64,000 bases of DNA, from contig JBEKFQ010000001.1 of NCBI GenBank assembly GCA_050013235.1, positions 163,712 to 227,711 on the forward strand, written 5' to 3'. Under the pieces are notes generated by a model, which saw only the letters and a program-made list of their open reading frames with translations, did no database searches and was not told the origin of the DNA. Source of the stretch: Beijerinckiaceae bacterium. GTDB taxonomy: Bacteria > Pseudomonadota > Alphaproteobacteria > Rhizobiales > Beijerinckiaceae. Made by a program: the position numbers and the translations under genes. Shown piece by piece: positions 55,501-64,000 of the stretch; positions within the stretch are counted from its first letter, which is position 1; every line of letters begins with the position of its first letter.

Positions 55501-56018
55501 GCCAAGCCATCAACAGCCTGAACAAAGAGGGCCGCGAGCGCCTGCTCGCCGCGTTTACGGCCGTGAACACCCATTTCAAGGATCTGTTCACGACGCTGTT
55601 CGGCGGCGGCAACGCCGAGCTGCAACTCGTCGAATCCGACGACCCCCTGGAAGCCGGGCTCGAAATTCTGGCGCGCCCGCCGGGCAAAAAACCGCAGGTG
55701 ATGACGCTGCTCTCGGGCGGCGAGCAGGCCCTGACGGCGCTGTCGCTGATCTTCGCGGTGTTCTTGACCAATCCCTCGCCGATCTGCGTGCTCGACGAAT
55801 GCGACGCCCCGCTCGACGACGCCAATGTCGAACGTTTTTGCGACCTCCTCGACGAAATGCGCACCAAGACCGATACGCGCTTCATCACCATCACCCACAA
55901 TCCGATCACCATGGCCCGAATGGACAGATTGTTCGGCGTGACCCAGGCCGAGCGCGGCATCTCGCAACTGGTGTCGGTGAATTTGACGGAAGCGGAGCAG
56001 TTGCTGGAGGCGGTGTGA
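52569..56018 (+). CDS. smc: Chromosome segregation protein SMC
   Basis: GPNGCGKSN Walker A, long coiled coil, LSGGE signature, VLDECDAPLD. Confidence 0.96.
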   Translation: MQFSKLRLTGFKSFVEHTEFHIQPGLTGVIGPNGCGKSNLVEALRWVMGENSYKSMRASSMDDVIFAGGGDRPARNMAEVGLVLDNAGRTAPAQFNATDIIEVTRRIERDSGSTYRINGREVRARDVQILFADASSGSRSPALVRQGQISEIIAAKPQARRRILEEAAGVAGLHTRRHEAELRLKGAEENLNRIDDVLTQISAQGDGLRRQARQAQRYRELQAEIRRLHALSVLIEYDEALAEVEGAREKLMADSARVVESTRHQAETARHQAIAAHALPALREAETEAGTALQRLIVARETLDGEERRAKGRLAEIERRIQEMMADLARGRAALDDAAGVLARLDTEEEDLNSRTSASEAELDLREAIAEADMLRAEAETELAELQTAKAESEAQRGALGGRLRDETTRLDRLERELSAARQARENLRASLEEADGFEASAERLEIAAESAEIADQESLEAERALAQAREAEAGLRGPLAEADRAAQRLETEVRTLTKLLESASGSKWPAVTDTIEVAKGYEAALGAALGDDLDASIDPAAPAHWAETSGQDGPLPGGAEPLLRHVQAPAALRRALAQIGVVERSQGPALRLSLKTGQRLVSREGDIWRWDGFTQAAEAPTPAARRLVERNRLAELRLDAEAAREKADTLRASADAAQAALREASSRETAARAMQQSARRALDAAREQHAAAERRRSESSSRLAALEAAEAGTIAARDEAAQAQAALEAALSGLAPVADLSERLDEARARAAQYRAAETEARSALQSLAREREGRDKRLASIAAERQSWLTRREQADEHRDDIGERLQEAIAERDELADSPNRFILARRSILGDIEVAEADLRNASDARQNGETILATADREARAAIEAMSIAREDKARAETRVEVASVRLESVVKTAVTDLECEPAGLAALAGVKPQDDRPPAAHTAAKLESLRGDRERLGAVNLRAEEELAAIEEQRSTLDKEREDLTEAIRRLRQAINSLNKEGRERLLAAFTAVNTHFKDLFTTLFGGGNAELQLVESDDPLEAGLEILARPPGKKPQVMTLLSGGEQALTALSLIFAVFLTNPSPICVLDECDAPLDDANVERFCDLLDEMRTKTDTRFITITHNPITMARMDRLFGVTQAERGISQLVSVNLTEAEQLLEAV

Positions 56019-56271
56019 AGGGTGGGGGAGAAATCCTTCTCCGAAGAGCTAGGAACCACTCACAACGGCCCAAAACTAACATCAATCCGTGGCCCCGCCT
56101 CGCCATCCTACCCGCTAAACGGAATAAATTTCGCAAGTGCGGCTTGAAAGACGAAGCTGAACCGCCGCAATATCAACCGTAGCGAGACGTTGCGCGTAAA
56201 TACCTTCATGCAGCGGGGTATAGCTTGGAACTTCACCTGCGATTACGAGACAAGCTAGAAAGACCGGGACG

Positions 56272-57816
56272 GTGAACCCACCTCCCCAGCTCTCTTTCCA
56301 CGGTCCCTGCAATCTGCCATTGCCGTCTCTCGGTTCCCTTTTCAAGGGCCGCGAAACCCTTCTTAATTCGATTCACGAAGCTTTGACCGACAAAACGCAG
56401 ATCGTGGCTTTGACGGGAAGGGCTCTGCACGGACTGAGTGGCGTTGGAAAAACGCGGGCCGCAATTGAATATGCATGGCACTATAACGCCGACTATACAG
56501 CGATCCTCTTCTTGCGCGCAGGAACACCGGAGAGCCTCGCAACAAGCCTCGCGACGCTGGCCAATCCAAAAATTTTGGATCTCCCCGAACAAGATGCGAA
56601 GCAGGATTACATCCGAGGTCATGCCGCTTTACGCTGGCTTGAGACCAATCCCGGTTGGCTCTTAATTCTTGACAATGTCGACAACCAACGCGCTGCCGAG
56701 GCCATTCAGGATTTGCTCGCGCACCTGACAGGAGGACACATCGTCATTACCGGCCGCATCTCGAAATTTCCGGCTACAGTGACGAAACTCGACGTTGGCG
56801 CGCTCGAAGCCAGCGATTCAGCCGCCTTCCTTCTCGGATGCACAAATGGCCGTGAGTTCCAACCAGACGACAATGCTTTGGCGCGAGAGCTCGGCTCAGA
56901 ACTCGGTGGCTTGGCCCTATCCCTAGAACAGGCTGCCGCTTACATCGCCGCCGAGCATATTTCCTTCAGCCGGTATCTGGACCTTTGGCGAGCAAAACGT
57001 GAGACCGTACTCGATTGGTTCGAAGACGGCGTCACGGGCTATAGCCTCAAGATCAGCATCGCCGCGACCTGGGCCACTTCCGTGGAGAAATTGAGCGCAC
57101 AGAGCCGGTGCCTGCTGGAGCGACTTTCCCTTTTTGCTCCCGAACCTGTACCAAAGACACTACTCGACTTTGCCATGCCTGGTGACGACGCGAGCTACAA
57201 TGCCCATTCGGCCCTGACGTCTCTATACGCCTATGCACTGGTTTCCGAAGTAAGGATCGAAACTAAAACCATGACGCAGCCCGGGTTTGCGGTACACCGG
57301 CTAATACAAAACTATACCCAGCGAAGCATGTCCGACGAACGTTGGGGTGAAGCTCTTGATAATGCTTTGCTATGGGTGAACGAAATGTTTTTCGGATGTC
57401 CCACGACCGAACGATATTGGCAGGTACTCGAACCCCTCATCGATCACGTGTTAATTCTCGCCAGTTGCGGCGAAGATGCAATGATCACGGAACCCACCGG
57501 ACGCCTCTACAACTATGTTGGATCAATGTTTCAAGCCAAGGAGCGATATTCCGAAGCGGAACATGCGATGCGCTGTGCGCTAGCAATGGGCGAAGCGCAC
57601 TATGGGAGAGACGATTCCAACGTTGCGATAGCGCTCAATAATTTGGCGGGAGTGCTCGAAATAATAGGCCAGACCAATGAAGCGACGTCATTGTACCAGC
57701 GATCGCTGAAGATATTTGAGGCTAATTATGGGCCTGGATATTCCAGATCAATTTTGGTGCGCAAATATCTCGCGAGATTATTGGAAGAGCCCGCCTCGCC
57801 GCACGAACCGGGATGA
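56272..57816 (+). CDS. STAND/NB-ARC-like NTPase with C-terminal TPRs
   Basis: GLSGVGKT Walker A, WLLILDNVD Walker B, LGGLALSLEQAAAYI, VHRLIQ, ALNNLAGVL TPR; visibly lower GC than flanks. Confidence 0.8.
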   Translation: MNPPPQLSFHGPCNLPLPSLGSLFKGRETLLNSIHEALTDKTQIVALTGRALHGLSGVGKTRAAIEYAWHYNADYTAILFLRAGTPESLATSLATLANPKILDLPEQDAKQDYIRGHAALRWLETNPGWLLILDNVDNQRAAEAIQDLLAHLTGGHIVITGRISKFPATVTKLDVGALEASDSAAFLLGCTNGREFQPDDNALARELGSELGGLALSLEQAAAYIAAEHISFSRYLDLWRAKRETVLDWFEDGVTGYSLKISIAATWATSVEKLSAQSRCLLERLSLFAPEPVPKTLLDFAMPGDDASYNAHSALTSLYAYALVSEVRIETKTMTQPGFAVHRLIQNYTQRSMSDERWGEALDNALLWVNEMFFGCPTTERYWQVLEPLIDHVLILASCGEDAMITEPTGRLYNYVGSMFQAKERYSEAEHAMRCALAMGEAHYGRDDSNVAIALNNLAGVLEIIGQTNEATSLYQRSLKIFEANYGPGYSRSILVRKYLARLLEEPASPHEPG

Positions 57817-57828
57817 TCTCGCGTGCCT

Positions 57829-58003
57829 CCTTCTCCCGCACGCGGGAGAAGGTGTCGCGGCGAAGCCGTGACGGATGAGGGCCTCACCGGAAGAACCGCC
57901 CGCCTCGCCGCCCGCACCTTGCACCCATCATCCCGGCTGCGGCGAGACCCTCATCCGATCCTTGCTGACGCAAGGACCGCCTTCTCCCACACGTGGGAGA
58001 AGG
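57829..58003. repeat. Composite intergenic palindromic repeat (family C)
   Basis: Two CTTCTCCC...GGGAGAAG hairpins flanking CGGATGAGGG/CCCTCATCCG arms. Confidence 0.75.
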
Positions 58004-58008
58004 AAGGC

Positions 58009-59490
58009 TCACCTCGGCGAGCGCATCAGCCGGATGTCCAGATCCCGGATCTTCTTGCGCAGCGTGTTGCGGTTCAAGCCCAGAAGCTCGGCGGCCTTGA
58101 TCTGGTTGCCGCGCGTGGCGCCGAGGGCGGCGGAGATCAACGGCTGTTCCAGTTCGCGCAGCACGCGGTGGTAAAGCCCCGGAGGCGGCAGGGAATCGCC
58201 ATGGGCGGTGAAGAGCTTTGCGAGGTGGCGTTCGACCGCGACGGCGATCGGCGGCGTGGCTTCGCCGTCGCCGGGAACTTGGACGGCGGAGCCGTTCTTG
58301 GCCGCCGTGGGCGAGGGCTGGAAGGCGCCGGAATCGGCGGCCAATTCGGCATCGACCAGCGACTCCGAGATCGTCTCTTGCGGATAGAGCGCGGCTAGGC
58401 GGCGGACGAGATTCTCGAGCTCGCGGATATTGCCGGGCCAGCGGTGGCGCTTCATCCGCTCCAACGCGCCGGGCTCGAGCTGCTTTACCGGCAGCCCCTC
58501 GGCGGCGGCGATATTGAAGAAATGCTGCGCGAGATCGGCGACATCCTCAATCCGCTCGCGCAACGGCGGCAAGCGCAGCGGCACGACGTTGAGGCGGAAG
58601 AACAGATCCTCGCGGAACAGCCCCTGCCCGATCAGGATCCGCAAATCCTTGTTGGTGGCGGCGATGATCCGCACATTGGTCTTGATCGGCGTGCGCCCGC
58701 CCACGGTGGTATATTCGCCCTGCTGAAGCACGCGGAGCAGCCTCGTCTGCGCTTCCATCGGCATGTCGCCGATTTCGTCGAGAAACAGCGTGCCGCCCTC
58801 GGCCTGCTCGAAGCGCCCGGCCGAGCGCTGATTGGCGCCGGTAAAGGCGCCCTTCTCATGCCCGAACAGCTCGCTTTCGATGAGGTCGCGCGGGATCGCC
58901 GCCATGTTGATGGCGACGAAAGGCCCTTTCTTGCGCTTGCCGTAATCGTGCAGCGCGCGCGCCACGAGTTCCTTGCCGGTGCCGGATTCGCCGGTGATCA
59001 TGACGGTGAGATCGGTTGCCATCAGACGGGCCAGCGAGCGATAGATCTCCTGCATGGCGGGCGAGCGGCCCACCAGCGGCATGTCGTCGAGTTCCTCCGG
59101 GAGCGACGTCTTCAGCCGGTTTTTCGGCTCTTCGAGGGCGCGGCCGACAATCGCCACCAATTCGCGCAGGTCGAAGGGTTTCGGCAGATAATCGTAGGCT
59201 CCGCGCTCCGAAGCCTTGATCGCCGTCATGAACGTATTTTGCGCGCTCATGACGATGATCGGCAATTCCGGCCGGAGCTTTTTCATGCGCGGCAAAAGCT
59301 CGAAGGCGTTTTCGTCGGGCATGACCACGTCGGTGATCACGAGGTCGCCGTCGCCGGCTTTGACCCAACCCCATAACGTCGCCGCGGTCCCCGTGGTGCG
59401 CACGTCGTAGCCCGCCCGCGAAAGAGCCTGGCTGAGCACGGTTCGGATCGCGGCATCGTCGTCGGCTACGAGAATGTGTCCTGAGTTCAT
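58009..59490 (-). CDS. ntrC: Nitrogen regulation response regulator NtrC
   Basis: Receiver, [52 protein letters not shown]. Confidence 0.96.
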   Translation of the reverse strand: MNSGHILVADDDAAIRTVLSQALSRAGYDVRTTGTAATLWGWVKAGDGDLVITDVVMPDENAFELLPRMKKLRPELPIIVMSAQNTFMTAIKASERGAYDYLPKPFDLRELVAIVGRALEEPKNRLKTSLPEELDDMPLVGRSPAMQEIYRSLARLMATDLTVMITGESGTGKELVARALHDYGKRKKGPFVAINMAAIPRDLIESELFGHEKGAFTGANQRSAGRFEQAEGGTLFLDEIGDMPMEAQTRLLRVLQQGEYTTVGGRTPIKTNVRIIAATNKDLRILIGQGLFREDLFFRLNVVPLRLPPLRERIEDVADLAQHFFNIAAAEGLPVKQLEPGALERMKRHRWPGNIRELENLVRRLAALYPQETISESLVDAELAADSGAFQPSPTAAKNGSAVQVPGDGEATPPIAVAVERHLAKLFTAHGDSLPPPGLYHRVLRELEQPLISAALGATRGNQIKAAELLGLNRNTLRKKIRDLDIRLMRSPR

Positions 59491-59520
59491 CGTCCGTTTT
59501 TCTCCGCCAGAGGCGGCTTC

Positions 59521-60702
59521 CTATCCGGCCAAATTGCCACGCCCATCGCGGGCCGCGAGCATTGGCATGAGAATCTTGAACGTTGTCCGCCCCGGATGCG
59601 AGTCGCACTCGACGATACCACCATGGTCGCCAACGATCTTGGAGATCAAAGCAAGTCCAAGGCCAGTTCCCGTCGGCTTGGTCGTCACGAAGGGATCGAA
59701 CAATCGCGGGATGATGTCGTCGGCGACACCGGGGCCGTTATCCCGAACGGAAAATTCGAGCGGCAGGCTCACCGGCATGTCCGAGCCGTTGACTTTCAAG
59801 CGAAAACCCGGCCGGAACGAGGTTCGCATTTCAATTTCGCCATCCTGCCGCGTGGGGCCGATCGCCTCGGCGGCATTTTTAACCAAATTGAGAAAAACCT
59901 GAATGAGCTGATCGCGGCTGCCGAAAACGGGCGGCAGGGAGGGATCGTAGAACTCCTTGAAGCGGATGTGCCGGGCAAACCCCGCTTGCGAGACTTTCTT
60001 CACGTGATCGAGGACCGCGTGAATATTGACCTGATCATATTCCTCGGGAACGCCCTGGGAGAACGGTTTCATCCGGTCGACGAGCTTCACGATCCGGTCG
60101 GTTTCATCGCAAATCAGGCGCGTCAACGTCCGGTCGCTATCGCTGACTTCGGCCTCGAGCAATTGCGCCGCGCCGCGAATGCCCGACAGCGGATTCTTGA
60201 TTTCATGCGCCAGCATCGAGGCCATGGCCGAGACCGAGCGCGCCGCGCCGCGCTGGGCGTGCTGGCGGTCGAGCTTCTCGCCGATCGCGCGCTCGCGCAA
60301 CATGACGACGACGGTCCGGCTTTGCGGCGTCAACAACGAGACGAACACGTCCACCTGGCGCTCGACCCCCTGGCGCGGCAAGCCCAGTTCGACCCGGTGT
60401 TCTTGAGTGGCGCTGCCGGTCTCGCGGACGTGGGCGATGGACGCCAAGAGCGAGGAATCCCGCGGGAGCAGGGACGCGAGCTTTTGCCGCCGCGGCGTCA
60501 CGAGGCTCGTGTCGAAGAACACTTCGGCCGCGGAATTAGCCTTCCAAATGACGCCATCCTCGCGAATTGTCATAATCGGATGCGGCAAGGCATCGAGAAC
60601 CTGAAGCGCATCGAGCCCGTCGACGGAAGAGGCTTTATCCACGCGCTTCGCCACATCGGCGGCCGGCAAGGGCTGAACTTTAGCGGACCGGCGCGCCGTC
60701 AT
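59521..60702 (-). CDS. ntrB: Nitrogen regulation sensor kinase NtrB
   Basis: [34 protein letters not shown]. Confidence 0.95.
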   Translation of the reverse strand: MTARRSAKVQPLPAADVAKRVDKASSVDGLDALQVLDALPHPIMTIREDGVIWKANSAAEVFFDTSLVTPRRQKLASLLPRDSSLLASIAHVRETGSATQEHRVELGLPRQGVERQVDVFVSLLTPQSRTVVVMLRERAIGEKLDRQHAQRGAARSVSAMASMLAHEIKNPLSGIRGAAQLLEAEVSDSDRTLTRLICDETDRIVKLVDRMKPFSQGVPEEYDQVNIHAVLDHVKKVSQAGFARHIRFKEFYDPSLPPVFGSRDQLIQVFLNLVKNAAEAIGPTRQDGEIEMRTSFRPGFRLKVNGSDMPVSLPLEFSVRDNGPGVADDIIPRLFDPFVTTKPTGTGLGLALISKIVGDHGGIVECDSHPGRTTFKILMPMLAARDGRGNLAG

Positions 60703-61736
60703 GCGGCCTTCTCCAAATTAGAGGAAACGTCGAAGCCGTCGAAAAGACCGGCGAGCAGCGGCCGGACTGTGGCGGGATCGCCGCTGGTGAGAAGCGTCCG
60801 CACCGCGTTCGAGGCGGGATCCGCGCCGGCATGGTGCGCATAAGCCGCGAGGTGCTTACGCGCATGGCGCACGCCCTTATCCCGGCCATAGAGTGAAAGC
60901 AGGAGATCGTAATGCTCGAGCGCCGCTTCTTGGCGTGCGCTCGCGGAGAGCGGGGCGCGGCGCGTGCCCGTGGCCAAGGCGTAGGCAATGTCCCCCACGA
61001 GCCAAGGCTGGCCCAGCGCGGCCCGGCCGATCATGACGGCATCGGCGCCGGAACGCTCCAACATCGCCACGGCATCCTCGACACTCCGGCAATCGCCATT
61101 GGCGATCACGGGGATCGAAACCCCGTCCTTGACGGCTTTGATCGCCGCCCAGTTCGCTTGGCCCTTGTAGAATTGGCAGCGTGTCCGGCCATGGACAGTA
61201 ACCATCGCCACGCCCTCCGCCTCGGCCCGGAGCGCCAGTTCGGGCGCATTAAGCGAGGCCTCGTCCCAGCCCAACCGCATCTTGACGGTGACGGGGATCG
61301 AAACGGCGCCCACCGTGGCCTTGATCAGGGCAACGGCATGGTCGAGATCGCGCATCAACGCCGAACCCGCCAAGCCGCCAACCACCTTTTTCGCGGGACA
61401 TCCCATATTGATATCGACGATATCGGCGCCTTGATCTTGGGCTAGCCGGGCGGCATCGGCCAGCCCTACGAGATCGCGGCCCGCGATCTGCACGACATGG
61501 CAGGCAATCCCCTCGCCGCTCGCTTTCACGGCACTGGCCGCATCCCCTGCCGTGTAAAAATCGCTATCCACCATTTCGGAGACGGTGAGAGAGGCGCCAA
61601 ACCGCTGGGCCAGCCGGCGCATGCCCAAATCCGTGACACCCGACATCGGCGCGAGAACAGCTTGGCCGAACGGGATTCGGGAACCCGTCACAAGAGGCGG
61701 GACATGGTTGCCTAAATCATGAGCAAAATGCAGCAT
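60699..61736 (-). CDS. dusB: tRNA-dihydrouridine synthase B (NifR3)
   Basis: [38 protein letters not shown]. Confidence 0.94.
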   Translation of the reverse strand: MLHFAHDLGNHVPPLVTGSRIPFGQAVLAPMSGVTDLGMRRLAQRFGASLTVSEMVDSDFYTAGDAASAVKASGEGIACHVVQIAGRDLVGLADAARLAQDQGADIVDINMGCPAKKVVGGLAGSALMRDLDHAVALIKATVGAVSIPVTVKMRLGWDEASLNAPELALRAEAEGVAMVTVHGRTRCQFYKGQANWAAIKAVKDGVSIPVIANGDCRSVEDAVAMLERSGADAVMIGRAALGQPWLVGDIAYALATGTRRAPLSASARQEAALEHYDLLLSLYGRDKGVRHARKHLAAYAHHAGADPASNAVRTLLTSGDPATVRPLLAGLFDGFDVSSNLEKAA

Positions 61737-61903
61737 GCCCAGATTGTAATCAATTTGTGCGGCGCGGCAAGTGGCTCCTTGCGAAAATAAGTGGCCTTTC
61801 ATTTTTGGAACAAACAACGAAGCAAAATGCTCATCCGCGATTTGACCTTCCCTTGGAAACGCCGGAAAAGACGCGGATCATTCATCCGGGATGCCCGCTG
61901 GCC

Positions 61904-63109
61904 ATGACGCAACCTCACTCCACGGTCATTCTCGTGGTCGCCGCCGGGCGCGGCTCGCGCGTCGGCACGGCGATCCCGAAGCAATATCTCGCCTTGGCCG
62001 GCAAGCCGCTGCTGACCCACACGTTGCGCGCGCTGTTGGACGCCAGCGGCACCGCGCGGGTGCTGACCGTCATCCATCGCGACGATGCCGATCTCTATGC
62101 GGCCAGTCTCGAAGCTCTCGGAGAGGAGGGCCGCGAACGCCTGCTCCCGCCGGTTCCTGGCGGCGCCACCCGGCAGGAAAGCGTGCACGCTGGTCTTTCG
62201 GCCCTTGCCGGCATGCCTGACGCGCCGGACCTCGTTTTGATCCACGACGGCGCCCGGCCGTTCGCCACGCCGGGATTGATCGCCCGCGCGGAAGCGGCGG
62301 CTCTGCGCCACGGCGCCGCCGTGCCCGGCCTTACCGTCACCGACACGATCAAGACCGTGGACGAGAGCGGCAAGATTGCGGGAACGCCGCCCCGCGATTC
62401 GCTCCGCGCGGTCCAGACCCCGCAGGCCTTCCGTTTCGATCTCATCCACGCCGCCCACCTTGCGGCGGAGGCCGCGGGCGCCCATGGCTTGACGGATGAC
62501 GCGGCAATCGCTGAATGGGCTGGCCATTCCGTCCATATTTTCGAAGGAGATGCCGGCAATATGAAAGTCACGACGAAACAAGACGTCGCCGCCGCCGAAG
62601 CCCGGTTGATCCAAGACTGTCCCGATATCCGCACCGGCCAGGGCTACGATGTCCATGCGTTCGGGCCGGGCGACCATGTCTGGCTCGGCGGTCTCAAGGT
62701 GCCGCATACCAAGAGCCTCGTCGGCCATTCCGATGCCGACGTCTTGAGCCATGCGATCACCGATGCCCTGTTCGGCGCGCTTGGCGATGGCGATATCGGC
62801 AGCCATTTCCCGCCCTCCGACCCGCAATGGAAGGGCGCCGATTCCAATATTTTCCTGGCCTACGCGGCCGAGGCCGTGCGCAAGCGCGGCGGCATGATCG
62901 CCCATATCGACGCCACCGTGGTTTGCGAGACGCCGAAAGTCGGACCGCATCGCGAGGCGATCCGCGCGCGCATCGCGGAGGTCACGGGCATCCCGCTCGG
63001 CCGGGTCGCGGTCAAGGCCACGACATCCGAGCGTCTCGGCTTCACCGGCCGCGAGGAAGGAATCGCGGCCCTCGCGATCGCAACCGTAAGGCTGCCGCTG
63101 CCATGTTGA
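61904..63109 (+). CDS. ispDF: Bifunctional IspD/IspF
   Basis: [45 protein letters not shown]. Confidence 0.96.
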   Translation: MTQPHSTVILVVAAGRGSRVGTAIPKQYLALAGKPLLTHTLRALLDASGTARVLTVIHRDDADLYAASLEALGEEGRERLLPPVPGGATRQESVHAGLSALAGMPDAPDLVLIHDGARPFATPGLIARAEAAALRHGAAVPGLTVTDTIKTVDESGKIAGTPPRDSLRAVQTPQAFRFDLIHAAHLAAEAAGAHGLTDDAAIAEWAGHSVHIFEGDAGNMKVTTKQDVAAAEARLIQDCPDIRTGQGYDVHAFGPGDHVWLGGLKVPHTKSLVGHSDADVLSHAITDALFGALGDGDIGSHFPPSDPQWKGADSNIFLAYAAEAVRKRGGMIAHIDATVVCETPKVGPHREAIRARIAEVTGIPLGRVAVKATTSERLGFTGREEGIAALAIATVRLPLPC

Positions 63110-63594
63110 CGGGAGCCGGCATCACCGAGGCGGAAGCGCTTCTGGCGCTCTACCGCAAGCATCGCCTCACCTTCGCCACGGCGGAATCCTGCACGGGTGG
63201 GCTTGTGGCGGCTCTGATTACGGCAATCCCCGGCTCCAGCGCTGTCTTCGACCGCGGCTTCGTGACTTATTCCAACGCATCCAAGACGGAATGTCTCGGT
63301 GTGCCCGGAGACATGATCGAGCATTTTGGCGCTGTCTCGGCCGAAGTCGCCTGCGCCATGGCCATCGGAACGCTCGATCATTCGTCCGCCGATGTCGCGG
63401 TTTCCATCACCGGCATCGCCGGTCCCGACGGCGCCACGGCCGAAAAGCCCATCGGCCTCGTCCATTTCGCCTGCGTGCGGCGGGGAAGGCCCCCCGTCGC
63501 CGCCGAGCGCCGCTTCGGACCGCTCAGCCGCTCGCAAATCAGGACGGCGGCGGTGTTTCAGGCGTTCAAGATGCTGACCGAGGCGGCGGTTTGA
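63103..63594 (+). CDS. CinA/PncC-family nicotinamide-nucleotide amidohydrolase
   Basis: [30 protein letters not shown]. Confidence 0.92.
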   Translation: MLTGAGITEAEALLALYRKHRLTFATAESCTGGLVAALITAIPGSSAVFDRGFVTYSNASKTECLGVPGDMIEHFGAVSAEVACAMAIGTLDHSSADVAVSITGIAGPDGATAEKPIGLVHFACVRRGRPPVAAERRFGPLSRSQIRTAAVFQAFKMLTEAAV

Positions 63595-63739
63595 AACATT
63601 CCGGCGGACAGGCATTTATTTCGCTAGAACCTTGATTGGCCCTGGCATGGCTCGCATACGACCCCGGGTTACTTCATAAACACCCCGGGAATGAGCGAGA
63701 CGGATCTCGCTCACGCCGGTGCATTCAGGGAGTTGTCGC

Positions 63740-64000
63740 ATGACGGATCACGGACTGATGTCACGAAAATCCGTAGACGACATCATCAGAAGCTCGGAAG
63801 AACATACCCACAAACTCGCCAAGACGCTCGGTCCGTACAGCATCACCGCGATGGGTATTGGTGCTATTATCGGCGCGGGCATTTTCGTTTTGACCGGAAC
63901 GGCCGCCGCGCAATATGCCGGGCCGGCCGTCATGCTTTCCTTTGTTCTCGGCGGCGTCGCCTGCGCGTTCGTCGGCCTTTGCTATGCCGAACTCGCGGCG
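63740..64000 (+). CDS. APC-family amino acid permease (5' part only)
   Basis: GGAG SD; MGIGAIIGAGIFVLTG, AGPAV..SF, CYAELA. Confidence 0.9.
   Translation, partial: MTDHGLMSRKSVDDIIRSSEEHTHKLAKTLGPYSITAMGIGAIIGAGIFVLTGTAAAQYAGPAVMLSFVLGGVACAFVGLCYAELAA

Noticed and set aside
63636-63656. Sigma54 promoter before the amino acid permease
   Set aside because: GG-N10-GC present but the -12 element is TGGC rather than TTGC; too weak

Overview
GC-rich chromosomal window from an alphaproteobacterium, probably Hyphomicrobiales and Beijerinckiaceae-like (inference from gene order and content). Most of it is core genome: a PQQ/quinoprotein-associated cluster, an ars operon, mce-rnj-birA, the full nuoA-N complex I operon, parC, a CpxP/OmpR/HK-like two-component locus, recO, ilvIHC with a leader attenuator, maeB, ispB, dxs, ppdK, smc, dusB-ntrBC, ispDF, cinA and a partial amino-acid permease. 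The main accessory element is an island with AT-rich spacers (about 25.5-30.4 kb) between the nuoA/SPFH region and parC. It holds a luxI homolog with a canonical 20-bp lux box, two small helical ORFs flanking luxI, an orphan EctB-like diaminobutyrate aminotransferase with a degenerate lux box, a convergent luxR, and an AidH-like lactonase. The lactonase ORF overlaps luxR across a G11 tract, and one extra G would fuse the two in frame. LuxI and LuxR both carry substitutions at normally conserved positions. Other oddities are a DUF2059-like gene translationally coupled between nuoC and nuoD, an 11-aa tandem repeat tail on NuoM, two single-base frameshifts (SPFH gene, histidine kinase), a low-GC NB-ARC/TPR gene between smc and ntrC, and several intergenic palindromic repeat families. 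No tRNA, rRNA, CRISPR array, integrase or transposase was seen. Family assignments come from motif recognition, not database searches.
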